Source: a virus
Reading direction: 5' to 3' (one strand)
DNA length: 64,000 bases
IMG/VR virus record: IMGVR_UViG_3300035633_000651
Coordinates: 32,001-96,000 of that record
Positions 44,174-54,134 of this stretch are shown here, in pieces. A model generated the notes under the pieces. That model saw only the letters and a list, made by a program, of their open reading frames with translations. It had not been told where the DNA came from and did not search any database. Position numbers and translations under genes: made by a program. How positions within the stretch are numbered: position 1 is the first letter of the stretch; each line of letters opens with the position of its first letter.

Positions 44174-47100
44174 GGCAGAATGATTCCTGGTGCGTTGGGC
44201 GTCGAGCCAAAGACGCGGAGACCGCGTAGCCCGAGGCTATGGACCCGGATGTCCTGGGTGTTCTCGACACCGAAGAGCAAGATCCGGAGCTGGTGGTAGC
44301 GGAGGGAGTTGTCCACCGCCGCGTCGATGGTCGTGTCCGCATACGTGGCGGTCGCGACCAAAGGCTGAGTTGCCGCACTTCGGACCTGCAGCGTGAAGTC
44401 CGGAGTGCGGGTGAATCGGTTGAAGATGGACTCGTACGTGAGCGTGTAGAGCGACGTCGGGTTGAAGACGGCTGCGTTGATGCTCAGCGTGTTCTGGTCG
44501 TCGAAGTCGAAGTTGGCGAAGGCGACCTCGGTCTGCGTGACGCCGTCGTCCTCGATCAGGACAGCAGAGTTCTTGTCGAGGTTCGACGGCGGGTTGAGGC
44601 TTGCGACGAAGTTCGCGTCGAACTGGACCGCAGTGGTCACCGTCCGCGTGCCCACGCTTTGGTCGACGATGCGCCAAACGTAGGCGTCGACGAACCACAG
44701 GTAGTCCGCGAAGTCTGCGCTCAGGTCGATGATCTCGGTCTCGGCTGACATCAAGACGTCGTACGTGAGACGGTACTCGGCAGACGCGCTGAACTCGCCG
44801 TTGTCAATGTCGATGACGTTGCCTGTGTCGAACACGTAGGGCTGCGTGCCGCTTGCGTCGGCAGTGTCCGGCACAGGGACGGCGTCCTCGGTGAGGGTCG
44901 TCGAGCCGTTGGGGTTCTGTGGGAACGGGCCCAGGTGTGTGGTGGGGAGGGTCAAGGAGGCCACACCGAAGGCGTCGGGCGCGAGCAGCTCGTTCGGTAC
45001 TTCAGAGACGCGTGTCGGGCGGGCATAGGTCAGACGACCAGGCACACCGACCACGACCTCCATATTCGTGAGCGTCGCGGCGAGCCAGCCCGTGTCATCA
45101 TAGGCGCCGAGCACGTTCAGCGGGTTGCCGCTTCCGTCGTACTCGGACACGTCGAACCGGTCCGTCGTGATGTGTGCGGGCGTGATGAGGTCGATCTTGC
45201 CGCTGGTCGTTCCTTGCCCGTTGGCTGTAATGCCCAGCGCTGCATTCTCGGCCGCTGTCAGGTCCTCAGGCGACCAGACGTACAGGACCTCACCGAAGTT
45301 CCGCTCGGCGTCCGAGCGCACGATGGTGCCGTTCGCCAGATACAGACCGCTGGTCAGCTCCGAAGTGACGATGACGCGCTCCACGGTGATCCGCTCACCG
45401 GCCGACGAGCCCAAGTGAACGAGACGTACGATGAAGGACGTGGCGTCGTTCGGCACTACGATGGAGCGCGCGACTCGCGTCGGGTTCGGGCGTGTCGTCC
45501 GAACGCCGCCCGCAGCTTCCTGCGTGCCTGCAACGGCTTGCACGGTGCCGACGTCGAAGTTCGAGCCGCCGTCGAAGCTCACGTCGACGCGGAAGTTCTG
45601 CGAGGCGGTGTTGTGCTGCTCGACCCAGAACTGCGCTCGGATCGGGAAGCCTTTGAACTCCAGCGCCCGTGTGATGTTCGACTGGAACTCGATGTCGTTC
45701 GCACCGCGCTCGATACCGAAGCCGGTCTGACTGACCAGTCCGACGTTCTTGATGGCGAAGTTCGTGCCCTCGGCAACGAGCCATCCGTCCGGAACGAGCC
45801 CGCCCTCCAGCTCCAGGCTGTCGAACAGCGAGCCTCCGGTGATCGGCTGCAGGCTCACGTCCACGTCGACGACGAGGTCCGACTCCGCTTCTCGGTTGTC
45901 CGGGTTCGTGCGGAAGGGCACTTCGCCGTTCAGCTCGACCTGAAAGCCTGACGGCAAGTCCCGCGGCAGTCCAGGAGCTGCGAAGGTGAGCAGCTGCGTG
46001 CCAGGGTCATGCGCCGTGACTTCGATGACGTCTCCGAGCGACCAGCCCTGGTAGTTCTGCGAGCCTGCCGTTGTGAACGTGCCGGTCGGCGACTCGTGGC
46101 GGAGCGTGTAGACCGAAGGACTCGTGACACCCGTGATGCGATGCAGTCCCGCGTTGGCGCCCGAGGTGATCCGGACGCATTCACCCACGCGAAGGTTGAT
46201 GGCCGCGCCGGAGAAGGTCGCCTCGTTCGGACGGCCGAGGGTCGCGGTGATGGAACCGACGCCGGTAGCGATGATGCCGCGGCCCACACGCGCGGTGAAC
46301 GGCGCGCTTAGAAGACCGATGGAGTCGCCAGGCGTGTAGGTCATGTCGGTGTCCGTGGCCACACCGAGCCCGGTCGAGTCGCCCACGTAGCGAGGCAGCC
46401 CGAGCAGCTCCCGGCTTGCGTCCGCGCAGTCGAGCAGGACCTCCACCTGTCCACGCTGCGCCTCGCCCGGGAAGGGATTGAACAGGGAGTCGATCCGCAG
46501 CGCTTCGCCGGTGACGCCTGAGACCGAGGTCAGAAGCGTCGCAGGTCCGATCGGGTAGCGCGGGTCCGCGACGAAGATGTTGTTGATGTCGGTGACCAAG
46601 TTCGAGGGCGTGTTGGTCGTCAGCGAGCCTGACGCCGTACCGAGCACGCACGTGATCGGCCCGCGCCCTGAGATATTCAGATGAAGCCGGTCTCGTCCGC
46701 GGCTGCCTGATCCGTCTGAGATGTCGTAGTTGGTCGCGATGTTCCCGACCACACGGTCGCCGACCGCACGGTACGGAATGCGGTAGCGTCCACTGACGGG
46801 AATCGCCACCCGGTTGTCGTTGTTGCCTGCCGCAAGGTTTCCGTAGCTCAGGCTGAAGTTGCCGCTGCCGTCGTTGTTCAGTGTCAGGTTTGCAAACGGA
46901 GCAGTCGTCGACTCGCGAATGGCGGACCCTTCGAGAGCGACGACACGGATGAAGGCGTTCTCCGTAAGGCCGATGGTCGCGGTGCCTGTCGTCCCTGCGG
47001 AGGAGTTCGTGATCGACGTGACCGTGGCGAAGGTCTCAGCGCCCACACGGTTTCGCACCGAGCCCACCACAGGGCCTGTGTTCGTGAAGACCTCCGACAC

Positions 47101-47949
47101 CGCGAGCCCAGTCGGGCCGGTGCCCGTCACCGTGATGGTGCCGCCGTCCCAAAGCACAGGGAACACGACGATGAGGCGCTGGGCGCTCGGAGGGTCGGTC
47201 GGCGTCGCCGAGAGCGCCGTCGCTGCGATGGAGCCCACCGCCGACAGCGAGACCTGGTTCAGGTTCGGAAGCTGCGACGTGACGAGCGCTGTCCGGTTGT
47301 CGAGGAAAGGGTTCGAGTTGAGCTGCGAGCCCAAGAACCAGCGCGGGCGCAGCTGACGAGGAAGACGGAATGCCAGGGAATTCGTGTAGGCGGCGACCGC
47401 CTGTGCGATGCCTGCCGGCTTTCCCGAGAACAGACGGAAGGCCTGCCGGAGCCCCTGCAGGACGGTGCGGTACGAGTCGGTGATGTAGCCCAGGTCGTTG
47501 GGCTGCTGCAGCAGACGCCCGTGCACGTCCTCGATGTGGATCGAGTCCGCGTCTCGAAGCTTTGGTCCGCGCTCGATGCTCGCAATGGCGGGGTCGATGC
47601 CGAAGAAGTTCGGGCTCCCTTCGAGCGCTTCAGCGTAGGACGCAAACCAGACGGCGTAGTCGCGCACCGTCACGTAGGCGCGGAGCCTCCGCGCGGTCTG
47701 GTCGTTCTCGATGGCCACTTCGTGCGGGCCGGGGTCCAGGGTCACGTCGACCACCACCGAGCCCTGGGCGTCTGAGGTCACGGTGCCTCGGAAGGAGTTG
47801 TCGACGAAGACGCCATAGACCTGCGACGGGAAGGCGGGGTCCTCGAACAGGAACTCCTGCGGGTCGTCGCGGAACGGCAGGACGTAGCCCTCGTTGGCAT
47901 AGAAGGAGCCACGGGGCAGGGCGCGCAGGAGGTCTTCGTATCTCGGCAT
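44170..47949 (-). CDS. Large baseplate wedge/tail protein
   Basis: About 1260 aa; N-terminal YEDLLRALPRG and ITDSYR..L baseplate-like motifs; in the tail module. Confidence 0.65.
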   Translation of the reverse strand: MPRYEDLLRALPRGSFYANEGYVLPFRDDPQEFLFEDPAFPSQVYGVFVDNSFRGTVTSDAQGSVVVDVTLDPGPHEVAIENDQTARRLRAYVTVRDYAVWFASYAEALEGSPNFFGIDPAIASIERGPKLRDADSIHIEDVHGRLLQQPNDLGYITDSYRTVLQGLRQAFRLFSGKPAGIAQAVAAYTNSLAFRLPRQLRPRWFLGSQLNSNPFLDNRTALVTSQLPNLNQVSLSAVGSIAATALSATPTDPPSAQRLIVVFPVLWDGGTITVTGTGPTGLAVSEVFTNTGPVVGSVRNRVGAETFATVTSITNSSAGTTGTATIGLTENAFIRVVALEGSAIRESTTAPFANLTLNNDGSGNFSLSYGNLAAGNNDNRVAIPVSGRYRIPYRAVGDRVVGNIATNYDISDGSGSRGRDRLHLNISGRGPITCVLGTASGSLTTNTPSNLVTDINNIFVADPRYPIGPATLLTSVSGVTGEALRIDSLFNPFPGEAQRGQVEVLLDCADASRELLGLPRYVGDSTGLGVATDTDMTYTPGDSIGLLSAPFTARVGRGIIATGVGSITATLGRPNEATFSGAAINLRVGECVRITSGANAGLHRITGVTSPSVYTLRHESPTGTFTTAGSQNYQGWSLGDVIEVTAHDPGTQLLTFAAPGLPRDLPSGFQVELNGEVPFRTNPDNREAESDLVVDVDVSLQPITGGSLFDSLELEGGLVPDGWLVAEGTNFAIKNVGLVSQTGFGIERGANDIEFQSNITRALEFKGFPIRAQFWVEQHNTASQNFRVDVSFDGGSNFDVGTVQAVAGTQEAAGGVRTTRPNPTRVARSIVVPNDATSFIVRLVHLGSSAGERITVERVIVTSELTSGLYLANGTIVRSDAERNFGEVLYVWSPEDLTAAENAALGITANGQGTTSGKIDLITPAHITTDRFDVSEYDGSGNPLNVLGAYDDTGWLAATLTNMEVVVGVPGRLTYARPTRVSEVPNELLAPDAFGVASLTLPTTHLGPFPQNPNGSTTLTEDAVPVPDTADASGTQPYVFDTGNVIDIDNGEFSASAEYRLTYDVLMSAETEIIDLSADFADYLWFVDAYVWRIVDQSVGTRTVTTAVQFDANFVASLNPPSNLDKNSAVLIEDDGVTQTEVAFANFDFDDQNTLSINAAVFNPTSLYTLTYESIFNRFTRTPDFTLQVRSAATQPLVATATYADTTIDAAVDNSLRYHQLRILLFGVENTQDIRVHSLGLRGLRVFGSTPNAPGIILP

Positions 47950-47953
47950 GAGG

Positions 47954-49600
47954 TCAGGTGCTCCGGCCCACACGGCCGCCCACGTAGCGGTCCGAGATGG
48001 CGGTGATTCGAGGTCCTGTCGGCACGTTGAAGACGCGCGCCAGGGCCGGGTCGAGGAAGTAACGGAACGCCGACGGGATCGTGTCCTTCGTCGTCTCGCA
48101 GCCTGTCAGACGCACGTCTACAGGTCCAGGCAAGTTTCGTGCCGGCGTGACTGCCAAAGCCTGGTCAGGGCTCACGACTTCGATGTTCGTGAGCGGTTGG
48201 TCAGCGAAGACCACCACCGGGCGTCGCAGGTAGCGCGTCACGCGTGTGGCCACCTGCGAGGCGGACGTCGCGCTGTTGCGCGCTCGCAGCTCCACCTGGG
48301 CGTCGGTCGCGACCCAGGACGCCGTCGTGACCAAGGCGCCGCCCAGGAACACGAAGACGTTCTCGTCGACGCGCAGCAGCCGGATCTGGGGGGACCCTCC
48401 GGTGGTCGCGATGACCTGGTTGAAGAGCGTTTGCGCGTTTTCCCGGACGGTCAGGGTCACCTCGCCCGCGAGCACGCTGATGCGAAAGTCGGTGTCCGCC
48501 GAGACGTAGAGGGCCAGCTCGAAGGCCGACTGCACCAGCGGGTCTTCGACCAGTACCACCGCCTGCACCTCGACGTCGACGTCCGAGGCCACTTGCACCG
48601 TCCGCACGCCGGCCACCGAGCCCGCGGTCACGCCCGTGTTGAGTCGCAAGGCCTGCGAGGCTGCGACTTCGAGGACCTCACCTGAGCCACTGCTGAGGTC
48701 GGTCCAAAAGCCCGGGTCGAGGGTCGCGTCGGTGAAGTCCGGCGTGCATGTGGTCATGTCGAGCGCCGAGCCAAACAGCGTCACGTTCTCGCCGCCCGTC
48801 GTGACGCCCAGCGTCCGGCTGATACCGAAGTCCACGCTGCGTCGGATGCGCGGCGTGAAGACCTGCGTGGTCGCCGGGATGAACGGCGCGATGGGCGGAC
48901 CCGCCACTACGGCTGAGGCCGGAACGGACGTGCTGGGCGTCCACGCTGGCGCCAGGATCGCTGTGACGAGGCCAGTCGGCGTCGGGACGACGGTCGAAGG
49001 TGTCCAGGCGGGTGCCGTGACGAACTGGGTCGGCAGGACGGTCGCCGAGAAGACCTGCGCCGTCGAAGAGATGACCGCTGGCTGAAGCAGGGACCCGATC
49101 GCAGGCGTGATGAGAAGCGTCGACGGCACCCAGGCGGGTGCGACCAGTGGTCCGGCAACGACCGCGGTCCCCGGAACTGCGGTGCTCGGAACCCACGCGG
49201 GCGCCACGACAGGACCGGACAGGTTCGCTGTGGCGGGGACCGCCGTGCTGGGCGTCCACGTTGGAGCGATGATCGGACCCGCCACTACAGCCGTTGCGGA
49301 GACTGCAGTGGTAGCGACCCAGGCAGGTGCAGTCAGGTCGCCGAGGCGGGAAATGTTCGCTGCGCCGGAGACGACGGTACTCGGGACCCACGCAGGCGCA
49401 CTTAGCACACGCCCGACCACGGCCGTTGCAGGGACATTGGTGCCGGCAACCCACGCCGGAGCGACGAGCGTCTGGTCTTGGGCGACGGTCGCCGCGAAGA
49501 TGGTCGTCGACGCCACCCAGACGGGTGCCGTTAGCGTCTGCCCCGCGCCGGAGATTTGGACCGTCCGAAGCTGGACGATTTTTCCGACGAAGGTTGCCAT
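47954..49600 (-). CDS. Virion protein with about a dozen ~21-aa APAW repeats and IPT-like segments
   Basis: Repeat AP(A/T)W(V/T)(P/A)ST.V.(A/G)TA.V.GP; G.TTGGENVTL.G; TPA...GPVDV. Confidence 0.75.
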   Translation of the reverse strand: MATFVGKIVQLRTVQISGAGQTLTAPVWVASTTIFAATVAQDQTLVAPAWVAGTNVPATAVVGRVLSAPAWVPSTVVSGAANISRLGDLTAPAWVATTAVSATAVVAGPIIAPTWTPSTAVPATANLSGPVVAPAWVPSTAVPGTAVVAGPLVAPAWVPSTLLITPAIGSLLQPAVISSTAQVFSATVLPTQFVTAPAWTPSTVVPTPTGLVTAILAPAWTPSTSVPASAVVAGPPIAPFIPATTQVFTPRIRRSVDFGISRTLGVTTGGENVTLFGSALDMTTCTPDFTDATLDPGFWTDLSSGSGEVLEVAASQALRLNTGVTAGSVAGVRTVQVASDVDVEVQAVVLVEDPLVQSAFELALYVSADTDFRISVLAGEVTLTVRENAQTLFNQVIATTGGSPQIRLLRVDENVFVFLGGALVTTASWVATDAQVELRARNSATSASQVATRVTRYLRRPVVVFADQPLTNIEVVSPDQALAVTPARNLPGPVDVRLTGCETTKDTIPSAFRYFLDPALARVFNVPTGPRITAISDRYVGGRVGRST

Positions 49601-49603
49601 GGT

Positions 49604-49876
49604 CTAGTCGTTGTCTCCGTAGACGGCGCCGTTTCTGAAGCTGGACGTTTTCTCTACCGTGGTGCCGAGCGGGAAGACGTCACTGTCTTGGGGGGCTACA
49701 AGGACACCACGTGCTGTGGCCTTCGGCGTGCGTTCAGCACTGTTTCCGGCGAACGTCGTGTCAGCTTCCTCTTGAAGAAAGCCAGTCGAGGTGACAGGTG
49801 TCCGAAGAACGATGTCCCCGGACAGGTACTCTTCACTGTAGTCGACTTCGACGATGTGGCCTACGAACGTCGCCAT
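49604..49876 (-). CDS. Small virion-module protein
   Basis: Shares N-terminus MATFVG.IV with the downstream gene. Confidence 0.6.
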   Translation of the reverse strand: MATFVGHIVEVDYSEEYLSGDIVLRTPVTSTGFLQEEADTTFAGNSAERTPKATARGVLVAPQDSDVFPLGTTVEKTSSFRNGAVYGDND

Positions 49877-49879
49877 AGG

Positions 49880-50980
49880 TCACGCCGCAGGGTCGTAGAA
49901 GGAGAGAAGGCGACTGGAGTTGAGGAGCTGAGGAAAGGGGCGGTAGCCATCTCCCGAGTCGACGTCACGCATGATGTCGTTCGGGTCCGTCTGTCCGTTG
50001 ACACCCCAATACACCACACAGTCCGACTCCCCACGCCATGAGCCCAACGTGACGGAGCCTGAGTCACGCATCTGCATGCGTGAGCCTTGAAAGAAACCCG
50101 TGAACGCAGGGTCCTCTGCCGTCTCGCCGATCTCGTCGAAGAACTCGCCTTGCATAGACTGGTTGGCATTGGCCAGGCTGTTGCCGCTCGCGTCATGCGT
50201 GTTCGCATACGTGGGACCGCCGTTGCCGATAGATTCAGCACCGAAGCATGCGGGGTCCAGACCGACGATAGAGCCGCCCACGAAGCTCGTCGCGAGAGCG
50301 TCGAAGGTGATGCTGCTCGCGGTGACGGCCGTGACCTCTGGAAGCTCGATCCCGTCAGGCTCTAGCGCGGTGCCTGGGTCCGTCTGTCGCATGATGAACA
50401 CGCGCTGCCCGACGACGATGTTGCTGCTGATGTCTCGGTCCAAGTTCACCGTGACCGAGCTGCCCGCGCTGGCCACAGCCGTCGTGAACGCGACGCCGTT
50501 CACCTGTGTGGGAATGTGCAGGCGTGCAGGGTTGACCCAAGCCGTGTAAGTCCAACTCGCGCCCTGGTTCACGACGAAGTGAAACTCGTACTCGTTGTAG
50601 CAGAAGAAATAGTTCAATTCTGTCGCGTTGAAGTTCTGCGTGTCGGTAAAGGGGTTTCGGGAGCCGGTCGAGGTGAGCGTGGCCCAGTCCTGGTACACGC
50701 CGTACCCAAGCTGCATAGCGCTGGTTCGCTGGATGCGAATGTACAGGCGCGTGTCTCCTGCACCGGAGGCGAGGGTGCGGTCTCCCCTCGATTGCCAAAC
50801 CCGGTCTCGCGTCGCAAGCGCCGGGTCGATGTCGTCGAAGACCTGCCACGCATCGACTGCGTTGGTCTGATACGTGGCAAGCTGCGTTTCAAGGATTGGC
50901 AAGAACAGGTCGAGGGTGGCCTGAGCAGACACCTGTGCTGCAATCGTCCCGGTCGCGTAGGACGGCGTCCCGCGGGCCAT
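49880..50980 (-). CDS. Virion structural protein, paralog B
   Basis: Start MARGTP at 50980; collinear similarity with 50980-52149. Confidence 0.7.
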   Translation of the reverse strand: MARGTPSYATGTIAAQVSAQATLDLFLPILETQLATYQTNAVDAWQVFDDIDPALATRDRVWQSRGDRTLASGAGDTRLYIRIQRTSAMQLGYGVYQDWATLTSTGSRNPFTDTQNFNATELNYFFCYNEYEFHFVVNQGASWTYTAWVNPARLHIPTQVNGVAFTTAVASAGSSVTVNLDRDISSNIVVGQRVFIMRQTDPGTALEPDGIELPEVTAVTASSITFDALATSFVGGSIVGLDPACFGAESIGNGGPTYANTHDASGNSLANANQSMQGEFFDEIGETAEDPAFTGFFQGSRMQMRDSGSVTLGSWRGESDCVVYWGVNGQTDPNDIMRDVDSGDGYRPFPQLLNSSRLLSFYDPAA

Positions 50981-52149
50981 TAGCTTGCTCCAGGACCGAG
51001 TGCAAGTGCTGGGCTGATGGACCCAGCAGCCCCGAAGAAGATCGACGGGAACACGATGTACTGGCTCGCCGTCTGGAAGTTGGCACGGAAGAAGTCGCCG
51101 TCCAGCAGGTCCCCTGGAAAGACGAAAGCGATCAGCTCCATCGTTCCGCGGTATCCTGTCTGTCCCGCCTGGTCTGCGTTCACGGCCACACGAGAGCCTT
51201 GCAGAAGTCCCGCGACGCTTGGGGCCGGCTGCAGAGGCGACACTGAGCCGAGGAACGACTCGTAGTCTGCCGTCTGGACCGTCGACGAGCTGAAACCGCC
51301 GCTCACGTTGTTGGTGAAGTAGAGCGTCAGGTCGACGTTGCCGCCGGGTGTGAGGATCTCTTCTTCTGTGACGAACGACGGACACGGGTCTAGTCCCACG
51401 ATAGCCCCTGAGTCGAACGAGTTGCTGAGGTTCGTGAACGTGATGCTGGGCGTACCTCCACCGGTGATCGTCTGGACTTCAGCTACTTCGACCGTCGGTG
51501 ACCGAAGCGCCGACCCGGCCGGTGTCAGGTTGTAAATCCACACCTGCTGCGGACCGTTGGCGTCTCCCGAATCCAAGATGTTCGCACTGATGTCTCGGTC
51601 CAAGTTCACTGTGACCGACGCACCTGCGGCAGCAGACGCTGTGGTAAAGGCGATGCCGTTGGCAGCGGTCGGAATATGCGACCGAATCGGCGACCCGATG
51701 TGCAGGTAGTGGAAGGCGCCCGCCTGCTTCATCAAGAACACGAACTCGTACTCGTTGACGAGTCCCCAGTACTGATACCCCGCGTTAGGGTCGATGTTCA
51801 GCCAGCGTGACGACGTCGACCCAGCCTGTCGCGAGCCGTTGTTGGCGGTCGTCGACCAGTCCTGCCACATCGAAAAGGCGATATCGTCGACCGAGTCCTG
51901 CTCGATCTGAAAGAAGAGCGCGGCGTCGCCAGCGCCAGCGACCAGACTGCGGTCGCCCACCGAGCGGTACACGTAGTCTTCGTTCGGTGGCGTGCCGTTG
52001 AGAGTGTCGTACAACTCCCACGCATTGGTGCCGTTGGACAGGTAGCTGTTCAGCTCTGTCCGAATGTCCGTGATGACGTTCCGGGTCTGCGTGTCGTCGC
52101 CGACCGAGAGCCGAGAGCCGGTGAAGTAGTCCGGCGTACCGCGTGCCAT
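50980..52149 (-). CDS. Virion structural protein, paralog A
   Basis: 389 aa; GGAGG SD. Confidence 0.7.
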   Translation of the reverse strand: MARGTPDYFTGSRLSVGDDTQTRNVITDIRTELNSYLSNGTNAWELYDTLNGTPPNEDYVYRSVGDRSLVAGAGDAALFFQIEQDSVDDIAFSMWQDWSTTANNGSRQAGSTSSRWLNIDPNAGYQYWGLVNEYEFVFLMKQAGAFHYLHIGSPIRSHIPTAANGIAFTTASAAAGASVTVNLDRDISANILDSGDANGPQQVWIYNLTPAGSALRSPTVEVAEVQTITGGGTPSITFTNLSNSFDSGAIVGLDPCPSFVTEEEILTPGGNVDLTLYFTNNVSGGFSSSTVQTADYESFLGSVSPLQPAPSVAGLLQGSRVAVNADQAGQTGYRGTMELIAFVFPGDLLDGDFFRANFQTASQYIVFPSIFFGAAGSISPALALGPGAS

Positions 52150-52161
52150 GAGCGTTCCTCC

Positions 52162-52590
52162 TTACAGCGCGAAGATGCCCGAGGCGTCCCAGGCGATGGT
52201 GATGTCACCGCCGTTCGGCGTGACAGGCAGACCGGTCATGGTGTCCCAGTAGACGATGAGCGGGCTGGTCGTCTCGGTGCCGGTCGCCTTGAAGAGCACG
52301 ACCTGCGTGACCTGCGAACCGGACACGGCGGAGAACGTCACGTCGGCGGCGTCGAAGGCGCCAGCCGCCGACACGCTGAGGGACGCTAGGTTGCCCGATG
52401 TGGCGACGCGGTTTCCACCTGCGATGACCGGGTCGAGGAATCCGCCCGCCTGCGCGAAGGTGTAGCCGGCCGTCACAAGGACGACCTGGAAGTTGTCGGA
52501 CGCCATGTCGATGGCATCGCCCGAAGTGGGGCCGAGGGTTCCCGGCGAAAGGAAGCGGAACTTGCCGCTGTCGTAAAGCACGTTGGCCAT
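52162..52590 (-). CDS. Conserved phage virion protein
   Basis: MAN.LY..GK...FDAADVTF..V...GLPVTPNGGDITI.W...IF.L. Confidence 0.8.
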   Translation of the reverse strand: MANVLYDSGKFRFLSPGTLGPTSGDAIDMASDNFQVVLVTAGYTFAQAGGFLDPVIAGGNRVATSGNLASLSVSAAGAFDAADVTFSAVSGSQVTQVVLFKATGTETTSPLIVYWDTMTGLPVTPNGGDITIAWDASGIFAL

Positions 52591-52593
52591 GAG

Positions 52594-53547
52594 TTAACTC
52601 CTGTCCCGGACCACCGGGTCTTGATAGGTGCGCAAGGTACGGACGATTTCGTTGCCGACGGTCCGAGGCGCCGGAAGGATGTACTGGAAGGTGTCGGTCG
52701 AACTCACGGTGCCGAACAGTCCGAAGACTGACACGGTCGCGAATCCGACCTCCTCAATCGTCGCGCGGGGCACGAGCCCCACGACCTGACGATTGGTGGG
52801 GACGGTCTTCTCATCGAGAAGCCGCCCGTTGATCGAGGCGTGACTTCGAACCGTGAAGTTGCGAAACACCGCCGAGGTCGTACGCTGGCTTGACTCTGCC
52901 CTCGATGCCAGTCGCAGCGGGCCGGTGCTTGTGCCGAGTGCCGGAGCGGGGGCGTCGAGAATCTTGGTCAGGGTCACGTAGCTGTCCGCCCCTGCACCTC
53001 GCGTGCCAACGAAACCATACACCCGATCCTGGTTCCTGACCAGTCGGAGTGTTTGGATCCCTGCAGGCACCGCCGCGACGCCTGCGGCAGGGTCGCCCGC
53101 GAAGGCCTCCCCGATGGCGAGCAGTTGGGAGGGGTCCGAGAATGCGCCCCGAACGAGACAGACACGGGCAGTGCCTCCGCCTGCCGGGTGCTCCAGGCAG
53201 CCGATGAGAGCGTCGCTGGGCGGCCCGTCAGGCGGGCTAAGCGGCTCGATGTCGACGGCCGCGTCGAAGTTCACGTAGTCCGCGTCGGCAGTCGTGAGCA
53301 GTGCGGGCGCGCTCGCCGTGCCACGGAGGAGCGCGCCTCGCCGAAGGGCCGGAAAGTCCACGAGCCCCGAGGTGGACCACCCCGCCGGGAGCGATGTCAG
53401 GAGCGCGTCCCGTGTCGTGTCCAAGACGTCGCTCGACGCGACCACGAGCAGCGCCCCGCCGCGGAAGGTGTCCTGTCCGGGAAGGACGTTGACCCCCGTC
53501 GGCGCGACGAAGGTCGTGAAGTCTGAGAGCCAGGCATCAGCCATCAT
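52594..53547 (-). CDS. Tail-module protein
   Basis: Split IPT-like architecture resembling the C-terminal half of 47954-49600. Confidence 0.6.
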   Translation of the reverse strand: MMADAWLSDFTTFVAPTGVNVLPGQDTFRGGALLVVASSDVLDTTRDALLTSLPAGWSTSGLVDFPALRRGALLRGTASAPALLTTADADYVNFDAAVDIEPLSPPDGPPSDALIGCLEHPAGGGTARVCLVRGAFSDPSQLLAIGEAFAGDPAAGVAAVPAGIQTLRLVRNQDRVYGFVGTRGAGADSYVTLTKILDAPAPALGTSTGPLRLASRAESSQRTTSAVFRNFTVRSHASINGRLLDEKTVPTNRQVVGLVPRATIEEVGFATVSVFGLFGTVSSTDTFQYILPAPRTVGNEIVRTLRTYQDPVVRDRS

Positions 53548-54134
53548 GCTCTCCGCTGCAGGACCTGCACGTTCTGCCGTGCGCCCTGCGGGTCGTCGAA
53601 ATTGGCTTCCACAGCCTGCACCTGAGCGGCTGGAGGATCAACGAACTGCTCGTCGCCCCAGGTGAGGCCGAGGTCTGTGCTCACGCGAAAGGCATTGGCA
53701 CCTGCTCCGGTGACGTATGTGATGATGACCTCGTTCGGTCGGTCCACCGTCCGCGCATCGAGCAGGAACGGGTCGAGCGCGGCGAACGGCAAAACGGAGA
53801 GCGGGCCCACCGTGTTCGCGGTAATGTTGTAGTCGACTATGTTGGTGATCGGGCTGACAGGGTCGACCAGACGGTCGTTCCAGTAGAAGCGAACCGTGTC
53901 GTTGGTCAGAACGAGCGCGGCCGTGCGGCTGAAGATTTGGTTGAGCACGTTCACACGCGTCGGCGTAGGCGTGCCCGAGATGACCTCGGCCGCGGTGAAG
54001 ACCTCCAGCTCCCTGCGGTTCGAGCCGGTGTGTGCCTTCACGACGAGGACGAAGTCGGTCCCGTTCACGTTGAACGCGACCACCTCCTCGACGGGCGCCA
54101 CCGCGCTCACGACCTGTGGAGCTGAGAAGACCAT
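53544..54134 (-). CDS. Tail-module protein with Asp-box (STDLGLTW)
   Basis: BNR motif. Confidence 0.6.
   Translation of the reverse strand: MVFSAPQVVSAVAPVEEVVAFNVNGTDFVLVVKAHTGSNRRELEVFTAAEVISGTPTPTRVNVLNQIFSRTAALVLTNDTVRFYWNDRLVDPVSPITNIVDYNITANTVGPLSVLPFAALDPFLLDARTVDRPNEVIITYVTGAGANAFRVSTDLGLTWGDEQFVDPPAAQVQAVEANFDDPQGARQNVQVLQRRA

Noticed and set aside
42143-44299. Long antisense ORFs (718 aa here; also 39195-40421, 59331-60542, 7670-8839)
   Set aside because: Shadow frames of GC-rich genes that have recognisable motifs on the other strand
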